64,000 nucleotides of DNA from Candidatus Poribacteria bacterium. GTDB taxonomy: Bacteria > Poribacteria > WGA-4E > WGA-3G. This document shows positions 9,256 through 19,034 of this stretch, in pieces (position 1 is the stretch's first letter; each line of letters begins with the position of its first letter). Under the pieces are notes generated by a model, which was given only the letters and a program-made list of their open reading frames with translations, was not told where the DNA came from and did no database searches. Position numbers and translations under genes: made by a program. The stretch lies in assembly GCA_965214095.1 (NCBI GenBank), contig OZ243938.1, forward strand, positions 1,504,001 through 1,568,000. The letters are read 5' to 3'.

Positions 9256-12200
9256 CTTGGCTTTTTGCGATATTAAAAATATTCTCAATGTCAATGGTGT
9301 CGTAGCCAAATTCATCCGAGATGGTTCTTGTTATGGCATAACAAACTTCACGTTCTTTGAATTCATTCCCTCTCCATTCATCGCTTCTTGTCTCATAGAT
9401 AGCCTCATCTATTGCTATTGCCATTTCAGTTCTCTGATCAACTGACATATCATCCGGTAAGTTATCAAAGAAAGCACGTCGTGCTTGTGTATTGATGTTC
9501 GGTGAATAGTCTCCGGTGGGAGGATTAGTAACCTGATTGCTCAACCTCGTAACTTTGGATAAGTATTCCCTATAATTGCTTGCGTCTTGTCTCCGCTGTT
9601 GAATTAGGTCATCAAGCAATCGTGACATATCTTCATAATATCTTGGATTGATGTCTGTTCTGTCAACGATGACGCGCCGAAGGTTGTTTTCTATCGTGGC
9701 TGCCATCGCCTCCTTGTTTGTGCGGATGCCTTCAGGTAGCCTTTCAATGGCAGCATCTGCACCCCTATCAACAATCAATTGCACAAGCGGAATATTGTCA
9801 AATATTTCGACCGTCTCACTATCTTCAGCCTGAATATATGTGTCCAATAGATGTCGCATATCAGGTTCAAACATCTTGAGGTCAATATAATCCCCACTTG
9901 CCAGTTTAACCTGTTGTCGCACATATTCGTAGTCTTCCACCTCTTTTTTGATTTCCCTTGCTTCGGTTGCACTATATTCTGCTTGCTCCATCTCATTGGC
10001 GAGGTTAGAATATGCACGCACCAAGGCTGCTGTCAACTTATAAAGGTGGACGCGTTTCTGCTCTTTGGTTTTGATCTGCTCAGGAGTGGCACTCTCGTCA
10101 CTACAGAAATAACGGATATAATCGTTGATATGTTTCGGTGGATCAACCGGTTCGCACAACGCTTTAATTGCTTCACGCGCCTCCTCCAACCGTTCTTTCC
10201 CTTTCTCCAGTCTATCCTTCAAGAGTCCTTCAACATCTTCAGCATCAAAGTTATCAAATGCCTCTCCTGTGTAGTCTGTCATCGCTTCTTCCAGAGACTT
10301 AAACAGGTCTTTGTAATCAACGATGTAGCCGAATTCCTTGTCATCAGTGTCAATCCGATTGACGCGACATATCGCTTGAAACAACCCGTGATCCTGCATG
10401 TTTTTGTCAATGTAGAGATAGGTAGCAGGTGGCGCATCAAAACCTGTAAGTAACTTGTCCACGACGATGAGGAGTTTCACCTGTGCAGGTTCATTAATAA
10501 AACGCCGCTTTACTTCCAATTCAAACTGATCAACCTTTGACATTGTTGTATCTGCTGGTTCGTCAAAGTGAGCAGCGAGCATTTCTCGATAGGTGTTGTA
10601 TTTTTGCTGGTTTTCGGTAAGTCCTTCACCGGTCTCCTCTAATCTGATAGAGTCTGTGGTAGGTCTATAGGATGTTACGACTGCACATTTACCCCGCAAT
10701 TCGGTCTCTTGAAAAAGGTTATAGAGCCGACAGGCTGAGAGGATTGTGTTTGCAACAAGCATGGCGTTCCCTTTTCCACTTTTCAACCGATCGCGTGTTT
10801 CCATATCTAATACTACGTCTGCCACAATTTTCCGTAAACGATTCATTGAACTTTCTACATTTAACATCGTTCCCCAACGTTGTTTAAGCTGTGCTTTCAC
10901 TACATCGTTTAACCCGCGTGTTTTGCTATCAAAAAATTGGTCAATCCGATCCTGTGAAGTGATATCCTGGTCAATATCGCGTGCCTCATACCGCAGGTCA
11001 AGCACTACTTCATCATGGACAGCCTCATCATATTTATAGGTGTCAATATATTTGCCGAAGGTTTCAATACTCCGTTGTTTGTCGCTTTTTAGCAAGGGGG
11101 TGCCTGTGAAGCCGATCAGCATTGCATCGGGTAGCAGTGCCTTCATCGCTTTGTGCAGTTTGCCTGACTGTGTGCGGTGGCATTCGTCTACGAAGACAAA
11201 GAAATCACCTTTTGCCTGAAAATCATCTGGTAGATGCCGCTTAAATTCCGCTACATAACCATCAATATCGGTCTCGCTGGTTTCCTCGTTACTGCCGAAC
11301 TTGTGAACAAGTGAACAAGTTAACCTTTCTGAAGCATCGGTAAGCACTTGGACTAAATGTTCACCGCTTTGTGTACGTTTGATGTCCTCGCTGACACCTT
11401 TGAAAACTCCTTCAATTTGTTCGTCCAATTCTGTGCGGTCGGTGATGATGAGCACTCGGGCGTTAGAGATCTTCTCCAGAATCCATTTTGCCAACCAGAC
11501 CATCGTCAAACTTTTGCCGCTCCCTTGTGTGTGCCATATAATCCCGCCTTCCCTGCTTTGGACGCGTTCCTGGGCTGCCTTCACACCGAAGTATTGATTG
11601 TGTCGGCAAATCTTCTTTATCCCCGAATCAAATACGATGAAGTGGCGTAGTATTTCAAGTATTCGTTCTTTGTTGCAAAAGTGACTGAGTTCTCTGAGTA
11701 AGGGATTGGGTTCAGTCTCTGCATCTGCATCGCGTTCTTTCCATCGCAACCAGTATTTTTCGGGTGTCTTGATAACACCGTAACGCATACCTTCTGTTTC
11801 ATTTCCTGCCATCACAAGTTGCACGGTGCTGAAAAACCACTCTATAAAATCCTCTGTTTGGTTGGTTAGATTTTGACGGATACCTTCAGAAACAGAGACG
11901 ATGGAACGTTTCAGTTCTAACACCCCGATTGCGATGCCATTGATATAGAGCACGAGGTCGGGACGTTTGTTGTGTTTTCCGCTGAGTGCGACCTCTTCCG
12001 CGATACCGAAGTCGTTATTTTCTGGAGTGTCCCAATCTATGAGCCAGACGGTTTTATGTTGTTTGCTGACATCCGGTTGCACCTTCACGCCGTAGCGTAA
12101 AAGGTCATAGACTTCAAGGTTCGCGTCATAAAGCGTTCTGCTCCCGCCGAATTTTGATGTTTGTTGTAGTTGATACACCGCTCTGTTGATGCGTTCAGAG

Positions 12201-12367
12201 TCGTTCCCTTGCTGAAAAAGCCAGTTTTTAAGATCTTCTTCAATGATATTGCTATTTTCTTCAATGCTATCTGCCCAGTTGCCGAGGTAATCATATTGCA
12301 AGGTATCTTGGAAGAACTCTATGACCTTTTTTTGTGTATCTTGCTCTGTCTCGCGAATGATGTGCAT
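9245..12367 (-). CDS. hsdR: Type I restriction endonuclease subunit R
   Basis: RPDLVLYINGIAIGVLELK (PD-ExK), HTQGSGKS (Walker A), DECHR, GFTGTP, LLTGFDAP, QAICRVNR. Confidence 0.95.
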   Translation of the reverse strand: MHIIRETEQDTQKKVIEFFQDTLQYDYLGNWADSIEENSNIIEEDLKNWLFQQGNDSERINRAVYQLQQTSKFGGSRTLYDANLEVYDLLRYGVKVQPDVSKQHKTVWLIDWDTPENNDFGIAEEVALSGKHNKRPDLVLYINGIAIGVLELKRSIVSVSEGIRQNLTNQTEDFIEWFFSTVQLVMAGNETEGMRYGVIKTPEKYWLRWKERDADAETEPNPLLRELSHFCNKERILEILRHFIVFDSGIKKICRHNQYFGVKAAQERVQSREGGIIWHTQGSGKSLTMVWLAKWILEKISNARVLIITDRTELDEQIEGVFKGVSEDIKRTQSGEHLVQVLTDASERLTCSLVHKFGSNEETSETDIDGYVAEFKRHLPDDFQAKGDFFVFVDECHRTQSGKLHKAMKALLPDAMLIGFTGTPLLKSDKQRSIETFGKYIDTYKYDEAVHDEVVLDLRYEARDIDQDITSQDRIDQFFDSKTRGLNDVVKAQLKQRWGTMLNVESSMNRLRKIVADVVLDMETRDRLKSGKGNAMLVANTILSACRLYNLFQETELRGKCAVVTSYRPTTDSIRLEETGEGLTENQQKYNTYREMLAAHFDEPADTTMSKVDQFELEVKRRFINEPAQVKLLIVVDKLLTGFDAPPATYLYIDKNMQDHGLFQAICRVNRIDTDDKEFGYIVDYKDLFKSLEEAMTDYTGEAFDNFDAEDVEGLLKDRLEKGKERLEEAREAIKALCEPVDPPKHINDYIRYFCSDESATPEQIKTKEQKRVHLYKLTAALVRAYSNLANEMEQAEYSATEAREIKKEVEDYEYVRQQVKLASGDYIDLKMFEPDMRHLLDTYIQAEDSETVEIFDNIPLVQLIVDRGADAAIERLPEGIRTNKEAMAATIENNLRRVIVDRTDINPRYYEDMSRLLDDLIQQRRQDASNYREYLSKVTRLSNQVTNPPTGDYSPNINTQARRAFFDNLPDDMSVDQRTEMAIAIDEAIYETRSDEWRGNEFKEREVCYAITRTISDEFGYDTIDIENIFNIAKSQDEY

Positions 12368-12451
12368 TCTGTCTCTCCCCTTGTGATTCTTGCACTTCTT
12401 TATACCGTAAACTTTTAATGTGTCTTTCCAACCTACTATTACTGTATCTTA

Positions 12452-12586
12452 TACCATTTATAAATAATAACCTATCATTATCAAATCAGGTGTTCGTAGT
12501 CGCGCAATTCATTGCGCCTCGGACATTCTCTATTTTAAGTTAGAATTCATACTCTTATAATGAGATATTCTCTACTAGAAATGGTA
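12452..12586. mobile_element. MITE with TACCATTT/AAATGGTA ends and an internal GTAG-REP
   Basis: Same termini as 26819-26930 and 40522-40633; internal GTAGTCGCGCAATTCATTGCGC; flanks TTA/TAA. Confidence 0.65.
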
Positions 12587-12663
12587 TAACTTATGCTTCT
12601 TTTCAATGAGTGTAGTTGATATTACAAATAACAATGCTAGGGAACGGATAGGATGTAGGTCGA

Positions 12664-12708
12664 TCTTGGTAGGTCGGAGCGGGCAAAGCGACCTCCGACC
12701 TACCAAGA
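12664..12708. repeat. Perfect 16-bp inverted repeat (GTAG-REP type, possible terminator)
   Basis: TCTTGGTAGGTCGGAG-N13-CTCCGACCTACCAAGA just downstream of 12733. Confidence 0.7.
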
Positions 12709-12732
12709 GTTGAGGAAATCGCGGACGCAATG

Positions 12733-13722
12733 TTACTGTTTTATTTTACCCCACAGGGTCGTGAGACGGTCAACAGGTTCAACAAGATATGCACCCACGT
12801 GTGTCCAATCATAAGTAACGATAGTCTGGTCAAAAATACCCTGATCCAGAAATGCTTCCTGAGTTCCTAACCGTCTGGTTCTTCTATCAAAAGGAAACGC
12901 ATAACGCCTGCGACCAACAAGCGTTGTGACGACAATGTGCCCTCCATCTGGGGACCATTTGAAGTCGGCAAGAAACTCAGTAAAGGTAGGTTCAATTTTG
13001 TCGATTAGATTATGGGAAGGAAGTGAATATATTTCAATTTGATACACCGCACCAAAAAAAGTCTTACCCACAACCATATAACGACCATCTGGTGATACTG
13101 TCGGATAATTCCCAAATAAATCAAAAATCACCCTCTCACCTGTGTCAATCGTCTGTACATATATTTTGCGGTGTTCAACGAAAGCGACCCTTTCCCCATC
13201 AGGCAGCCAAGAAGGTTGAAAAGCGTTAAGTGCTATCAATGTGGCACGAGGTGCATCATTCAGAAATTCTGACTGTGGTATCAGATACACACCTTTCTTT
13301 ACACCATCGGGTGGGTGTTTGCATGCGAAGATAACATCACCGTTCTTAGATATGTCAAAATCTCGTTCAAATATCTCACCAAAGCGATCTTGAGTGATGT
13401 TCACTGCTTGTTTATCAGGCATAAATTTATTTGTGATATAGATATTCAATAGATGTATCCCTGTGGCTTCGTCTCCAGAACGGGCTAAGAATGCGGTATA
13501 TTTTCCATTTTTTTGCGTGACTATATCTAAAATACGGAAATTGGGTTCAGGGTCATGTTCATAAATCTGTCTTGTCGTGCCACCGACGTTCAAGTGCGTC
13601 ACCCAGAGTTCACGTGCTTTCAATGGATGCGCAATGACTATTTCACCAGAAACCTCAGCACTTATTGTAACTGGCATAACAACAGCCACACATAAACATA
13701 GTGCGATAATTATCTTTTTCAT
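12733..13722 (-). CDS. Secreted TolB/PD40-like beta-propeller protein with W-G-x-I-K C-terminal tail
   Basis: Signal peptide MKKIIIALC (likely true start 13722); PSWLPDG, PTVSPDG, WSPDG repeats; ends LVEPVDRLTTLWGKIKQ. Confidence 0.8.
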   Translation of the reverse strand: MKKIIIALCLCVAVVMPVTISAEVSGEIVIAHPLKARELWVTHLNVGGTTRQIYEHDPEPNFRILDIVTQKNGKYTAFLARSGDEATGIHLLNIYITNKFMPDKQAVNITQDRFGEIFERDFDISKNGDVIFACKHPPDGVKKGVYLIPQSEFLNDAPRATLIALNAFQPSWLPDGERVAFVEHRKIYVQTIDTGERVIFDLFGNYPTVSPDGRYMVVGKTFFGAVYQIEIYSLPSHNLIDKIEPTFTEFLADFKWSPDGGHIVVTTLVGRRRYAFPFDRRTRRLGTQEAFLDQGIFDQTIVTYDWTHVGAYLVEPVDRLTTLWGKIKQ

Positions 13723-13990
13723 GTGAATTTCCCTAATATAACTCAAGTTGCTAACTATTGTAGCACAATCTGTCAGATTGTGCCGATGCCCCTTCATCGT
13801 CCTCCGCGTAATCCGTGCTTCAAACAAACCCTAACACCCACAAAAATCCTCTTCTCTTATCTCGGGGAATGCCTAAATGGAATTCATACCTTTGATTTGG
13901 CGTATTCGGCGTTGATTTGGGGAATGCTATATAGCATTCATACCGTCGATTTCTTGATTTGGTAAATCCTGATTCAGACAATAATAAATA

Positions 13991-14941
13991 CTAACGTCTA
14001 CCCTTCAGTTCACCCCAGACCATAGGCAGCTTACCAGCCGGTACAACTGCAAGAAAGTCTTGAGATAAATAATTGTTCGTAACTTCATCATGAGTCAACG
14101 CACGGTTATACACGCGCACCTCATCAATAACGCCTTTATAATACCCGTGTGCTCTACCATTCGTGTTCGTTGCACCGAGATAGACTGGGAGCGTATGCGG
14201 AAGAAAAATCTGTGTTTTATTGCCCATTGCTCTTAATAATTCCATGAAAGGATTAGGAAAATGTAAGTTATCTATATAAAGATGATTTATTTCCCATACA
14301 CTATCTGTCTCGTCAATAAAAAGTGCATTTGTAACCAAAACAATGTGATGCCATTCACCATCCGAGATTGAGTGTCTGAAAGGGATTATAGTGGAAGAAC
14401 TACAGGTATGCCCCTTTTGTAACCGAGTATTTTCGTGAAGCACATGCCCTTCTTTGAAAACAACTTTTCTCTCTTGGTTAGGGAATGGCATATTTTGAAC
14501 AACACCCGGTAAAGGAGGAGGATTCCTTTGTATTGATCCGTTGACAGTCAACCCCCAACTTCTATTTTTAACGACACAGCTTTCGTCAACTATTCTAAAG
14601 AGTGTTCTATAAGTGGAGGTATCATTGGTTTTCATCCAGAATTCAATAGTTGATGGACCGATACGTGATTGAAAATTGCCGACATCTGATAAGACAACAT
14701 AATCTCCTGCGCCATCAAATTCGAGACCTTGTCTAAAAATCCCGGTTGTTAATGTCGGATTTCCCATAATTGTCGCATCATTTTCACCCCAACTATCTAC
14801 TGCGATACCATCGTCAATCGTATTTCTGTCAAAAGTCCAGTAACTGAGCAATCCATCAGTAATAAAGGTTGATGCGTGTGTAGTGCTATTGCCAAATATG
14901 CATAAGATCGTTAATATCAGAAGAAATATTAGTTTTTTCAT
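13991..14941 (-). CDS. Secreted LamG/concanavalin-like domain protein
   Basis: Signal peptide; GLLSYWTFD, GLEFDG, DGEWHHI, GVIDEVRVYNRAL; ends AVVPAGKLPMVWGELK. Confidence 0.85.
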   Translation of the reverse strand: MKKLIFLLILTILCIFGNSTTHASTFITDGLLSYWTFDRNTIDDGIAVDSWGENDATIMGNPTLTTGIFRQGLEFDGAGDYVVLSDVGNFQSRIGPSTIEFWMKTNDTSTYRTLFRIVDESCVVKNRSWGLTVNGSIQRNPPPLPGVVQNMPFPNQERKVVFKEGHVLHENTRLQKGHTCSSSTIIPFRHSISDGEWHHIVLVTNALFIDETDSVWEINHLYIDNLHFPNPFMELLRAMGNKTQIFLPHTLPVYLGATNTNGRAHGYYKGVIDEVRVYNRALTHDEVTNNYLSQDFLAVVPAGKLPMVWGELKGRR

Positions 14942-15194
14942 AGTATTCTCCTGTGTTTGATGCTGGGAAGTGGCTTATGTGGTTTAATGTTAAGACACAA
15001 TATTTGTTGCTTTTGGTTGCATTTTACCAAACAGCAGCATAAATATCTATCTTTTTCTAAACCAGCCGGATCATCCTTATTTTATCATATTTGTTCATGA
15101 GTTAATCTCCAAAGCATAATTTTCTTTATTATGCCAGAAATCAACTGTAATTTAAATTTATATAATGTCTATTATACACAAACGTTAAATTCAG

Positions 15195-16431
15195 TATGGG
15201 TTTGTATTCCTATTTGTCTGGACCAGGATTTTCAGGATTAGTAGATTTACAGGATAAGAGTTTGTCACACTGAAGCGGCTATCTAAAGGGTGCGTAAAGT
15301 TTTGTCACACAGTACTTTGTAGACCTGTATATCTATGCTTAATCCATAGATGCCAACTATCAATATTCTTGTCCTGTAAGTATTACTCTTTAGTCCCTAA
15401 TGAAGATTAATTTATTAAACGGGTAATTCTCATTTACCCAAACCCGGTAGGTGCGGTTTCCTAACCGCACTATAGGTGTCAATTTAAGGATATATTCACC
15501 TGTGAAGGATTTTGAAAGTCTATTTTTCTCATACACACCTTTCGCACCGCTGGTGCTTGGTTTCTTGTGGTGAATATTTTCTATACACCTTTCGCACCGC
15601 TGGTGCTGATATGTGATTTATGAAAGCCTCGGAGAGGCAGCATGCGCGTGTGGCATGCTGCATGAGGTGTATCATAAGCACAAACTTTACCCACTATAGT
15701 AAAACGGACAATTAATGAAACATATTGTCCCAATTGCATATTCATATAATGTCCGAGGCGCAATGATGGGGATTAATTTATTCTTTCGGTAATTCATAGA
15801 CTTTTTAGATGCGATTAGGAAAATGTCTTCTGCGTCACTTGAGCCTATGTTATGGACTAAAAGGTGCTGGTATTTGAAGACAGCAGCACCAGCGGTGCAG
15901 AATGTGTATAGAAAATGTATCGGACCTATAAGCAAGCACCAGCGGTGCGAAAGGTGTATCCCCCTAATTCCATATACGGACACCTGTCGCCCCTCTGGGC
16001 TTGTGTGATGGGTAGTATCGCCTTCCTATACACCTTTCGTCCCGCTGGGACTGAGGACACGCATGAAATGAGTTGATCCTCTAAAATGACGGTTTTGGTG
16101 TGGTTAGGCAACCGGACCTAAGGAACTCGGGATTACCCAATTAATAAATTAATCTTCATAATTGCGCGACTACAAACGCGTTATTCTAAATGGAAAGTGT
16201 ATTGTTAATTTCATATTTTACTATAAATTGATGTATAAGGTGAGGTTTTCTAACTTCACCTAAGCAATGTGTAGAATTAATTCAATAATTTACCATAGTA
16301 GATGGACAGGATGGATACATGGTGTTTCCAAGTGCCACTAAAAAAAACAGTTAATCTTTTAGATAGCCACTATGGCGTGCCAAACTCTTATCCTGGAAAT
16401 CTACTAATCCTGCAAATCCTGGTTCAGACAA
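15195..16431. repeat. Gene-free mosaic of several repeat families
   Basis: Inverted GGTTCAGACAA-family copies at both ends; CACCTTTCGCACCGCTGGTGCT doublets (15533-15608, 15884-15958, 15980-16053); REP-like copies at 15446, 16099, 16239. Confidence 0.75.
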
Positions 16432-16495
16432 ATTCGCCTTCCCAACCTACTATTACTGCAACATGGGCTGCAGCCTAAGATGCAGCCCATGCAAT

Positions 16496-16955
16496 TCAAG
16501 CAGTTTTTCCTGATTTCAGATTCGTAAGTTCGGTCCTCCCTTTGTTTGTCAAACGATACTTCTGCAACCGACTGTTGGGTTTATCAGGTATTGTATATTC
16601 GATTAACTGTTCTGTTAGAAGTTCTCGTACAACTGCGTTAAGTCGTGCAGAAATTGCTTTCTGTCCTAAACTCTTGGACAATTCGGGTTTTTGCATGGGA
16701 CCGTTAGCAAGCAGCACTATCACTCTGGATTGTAGTGACTCTGGCAGTGACTCTGGCAGTGACTCTGGTTTGGCACGCCAAATCGTTATCTTAAATCCAC
16801 TACTGTCGTCGAATTCCGGTTCGGGTAAGTCAGCATCACTGCAACGGTTGATCATGTCTAATGTCCCTGTTCCCATCCGTTCAATGTATTGCGCCAAATA
16901 TAAAGATTCAGCGAGTAACGGATTATTAGGAATTGACGTGTGCGCGACCCTTAAA
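16496..16955 (-). pseudogene. 5'-truncated ATP-binding RecG-C-terminal-like / winged-HTH protein
   Basis: Frame reads LRVAHTSIPNNPLLAESLYLAQYIERMGTG...TIPDKPNSRLQKYRLT. Homology stops at a REP cluster (about 16981) with no start or N-terminal domain; contains a PESL x3 tandem repeat. Confidence 0.75.
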
Positions 16956-16980
16956 GGAAAATTATGCGTTATTCCCCGTG

Positions 16981-17082
16981 ACGGTAGGTTCGGTTTCCTA
17001 ACCGAATCGGTGTTTGTTCAGCCTCACAGATGCAGTTAGGAAACCGCATCACTCATAATCCTGAAAATCCTGGTTCAGACAA
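16981..17082. repeat. REP doublet plus GGTTCAGACAA-family repeat
   Basis: GGTAGGTTCGGTTTCCTAACCGAATC ... GATGCAGTTAGGAAACCGCATC. Confidence 0.75.
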
Positions 17083-17151
17083 ATGGGAGGACAAAACAAT
17101 AACAAAATTTCAACTGCTATGATTGAACTGTTCGCCACACCCGGGCATTCA

Positions 17152-17655
17152 TTATAGATTTTCATCAAGATATTCTTCAATTTTCTCCAATGTTTTCTTT
17201 CCAATTCCTTTGAAACCTTTAAGTTTACCCTCATCAATCGCAGTCCGTAGGGATGCAAGACTATCAATCTCAACTTCCTCGTATAACCGTTTAATCGTCT
17301 TTGCTCCCAACCCAGGAATAGGCACAAGTTCTGTGATTGACTGAGGTATGGTACCCGCAAATTCGTCTATTTTTTTGCAAGTTCCAGTTTCAAGATATTG
17401 TGTGATGATAGTTGCGACTATATCCCCAACCCCACCGATTTCTTCAATTAACCTGTCTTGCTCAACAAGGTCTGCGATAGATTCAGGAAAACGTGAGATG
17501 GAATGTGCTAAACGTGGATATCGCGAAGCATGGTCTTCAGGATAATCTGCCATTATCAGGAAGGTATGTAGCTCCATCAACCTTAATGCTATTTCATCAT
17601 TGACGTGCCATCGGGTACGCCCCTTTTCGTCTGTATATGATCCTTTATTGTCCAT
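17152..17655 (-). CDS. Second stand-alone PolX N-terminal/HhH protein
   Basis: Close paralog of 5544-5999 (LMELHT...ADYPEDHA.RYPRLA...IPGLG.KTIK...KGIGKKT); overlaps the upstream WD40 stop. Confidence 0.8.
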   Translation of the reverse strand: MDNKGSYTDEKGRTRWHVNDEIALRLMELHTFLIMADYPEDHASRYPRLAHSISRFPESIADLVEQDRLIEEIGGVGDIVATIITQYLETGTCKKIDEFAGTIPQSITELVPIPGLGAKTIKRLYEEVEIDSLASLRTAIDEGKLKGFKGIGKKTLEKIEEYLDENL

Positions 17656-18751
17656 TGGTTTTCCACCTTAATATTTGAATTGTAGTATCCCACAACGCGA
17701 CTGCCAAATACTTACCATCAGGTGAGAAGGCTAATGCTTGGATGCCGGTTGGATAAGTCACCCAAAATACTGGGTCACCACCAGGGATTTTCCATATTCG
17801 GAGATTCCCTTTCTCGTCTCCAGAAGCAATGTATTCAGTAGAATTAGGTTTTTCCCTCGGTGCGAATGCAAGTGCACGTGTCCAATACGCTTCAAACCCA
17901 TATTTATTTAGAAGTTGTGCACCAGTGTGTACATCCCAAACACGAATACCGGATTTTGCATTGAGTTGTGTGTCTGCTGCAAGCATGCTACCCTCCTGTG
18001 AAAAAATCAGATTCCACACCCCTAAAATCTCACCAGTATTGATAACACGAATAGGTTGATCCGGACCCGTTGTATTCCAAATCTCAATAATTGCGGTATG
18101 TCCTTCATCGTCTCGGTAAGTTCCTTCTGCTGCAGCGAAGTATTGATTATCTGAAGAAAACGTAAGTCCATTCCGAACAGGTAAAGTTGTGTTGAGAGTA
18201 TACAGTTTCTGGGGCGTGAAATTGATACGTGTTGTTTTATTAGGAATCTCTTTAGATCTATCAACCCCATTGCGAGGCATTACAATCACCTTTTCCTGAG
18301 GGCGGATATCCCAAAGTTCAATTTCGTTATTCCCTCGCGACAAAACTGCCAGATTACCACGTTCTGTAAGGCTGCAATGTTCGTAAGCACTACTTATTAG
18401 TTTTTCAACATGCCCCTTAATTAAGTCAACAGTAACGACTAAATCATCAGATATTGGGACAAGTAAATAATTCAACGCATTTGAAAACCCAAAGCGACAC
18501 ATCTTAGGGTTAGTGTATACAATTTGCTTTACTTGGGTCTTTATATCCCATGATACAACAGTCCCTCCCATCCCTTCTGCAATCAACTTCGTGTTATCTC
18601 TGTTGAATGCTATCTGTTGTGCTACATCAGGGAGTAATCTGTCAAGTCGTGGGTTCTGTCTTTCACCGAGTTGAAATGCAGACTCTAACGAAACAGCGTG
18701 AGCAGACATGTATAATAGTGTAAGGAGAATGGTCAGTAAGAACTTTTTCAT
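17645..18751 (-). CDS. Secreted WD40-repeat protein
   Basis: Signal peptide MKKFLLTILL; ALAFSPDGKYLA, IRVWD, IELWD. Confidence 0.8.
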   Translation of the reverse strand: MKKFLLTILLTLLYMSAHAVSLESAFQLGERQNPRLDRLLPDVAQQIAFNRDNTKLIAEGMGGTVVSWDIKTQVKQIVYTNPKMCRFGFSNALNYLLVPISDDLVVTVDLIKGHVEKLISSAYEHCSLTERGNLAVLSRGNNEIELWDIRPQEKVIVMPRNGVDRSKEIPNKTTRINFTPQKLYTLNTTLPVRNGLTFSSDNQYFAAAEGTYRDDEGHTAIIEIWNTTGPDQPIRVINTGEILGVWNLIFSQEGSMLAADTQLNAKSGIRVWDVHTGAQLLNKYGFEAYWTRALAFAPREKPNSTEYIASGDEKGNLRIWKIPGGDPVFWVTYPTGIQALAFSPDGKYLAVALWDTTIQILRWKTNGQ

Positions 18752-18773
18752 CAGACAAAGGTAGACTTCAAAA

Positions 18774-18954
18774 TTATTGTGAAATGTAAAAATACGTGCA
18801 CACTCCCCGGTAGATGCGGTTTCCTAACCGCATCTATAACACTGAACAAACACCGGTTCGGTTAGGAAACCGAACCTACCGTCGTGTGTAAATAATTATG
18901 ATTCTTACTATAATTGTGAACTTTTCTGTAGGAGCGATCTCCGAATCGCGATTT
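18774..18954. mobile_element. Inverted copy of the 3739-3916 MITE plus a GTAGGAGCGAT REP
   Basis: Reverse complement matches 3739-3916 (AATTATTTACACACGACGGTAGGTTCGG...GAGTGTGCACGTATT). Confidence 0.75.
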
Positions 18955-19034
18955 AACTCAGAGATAATCGGGAAGCGGAGTTCATTCCTACAGAAAAGAG
19001 TCGTCCAATTATATCGGAATCCTCATTTTTACTG

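Noticed and set aside
15581-16111. Short ORFs in repeat regions (also 6538-6760, 26657-26848, 55050-55244)
   Set aside because: Translations of REP/MITE sequence; the similar 'MIHLSPRWG' peptides at 26657 and 55050 simply reflect the same MITE.
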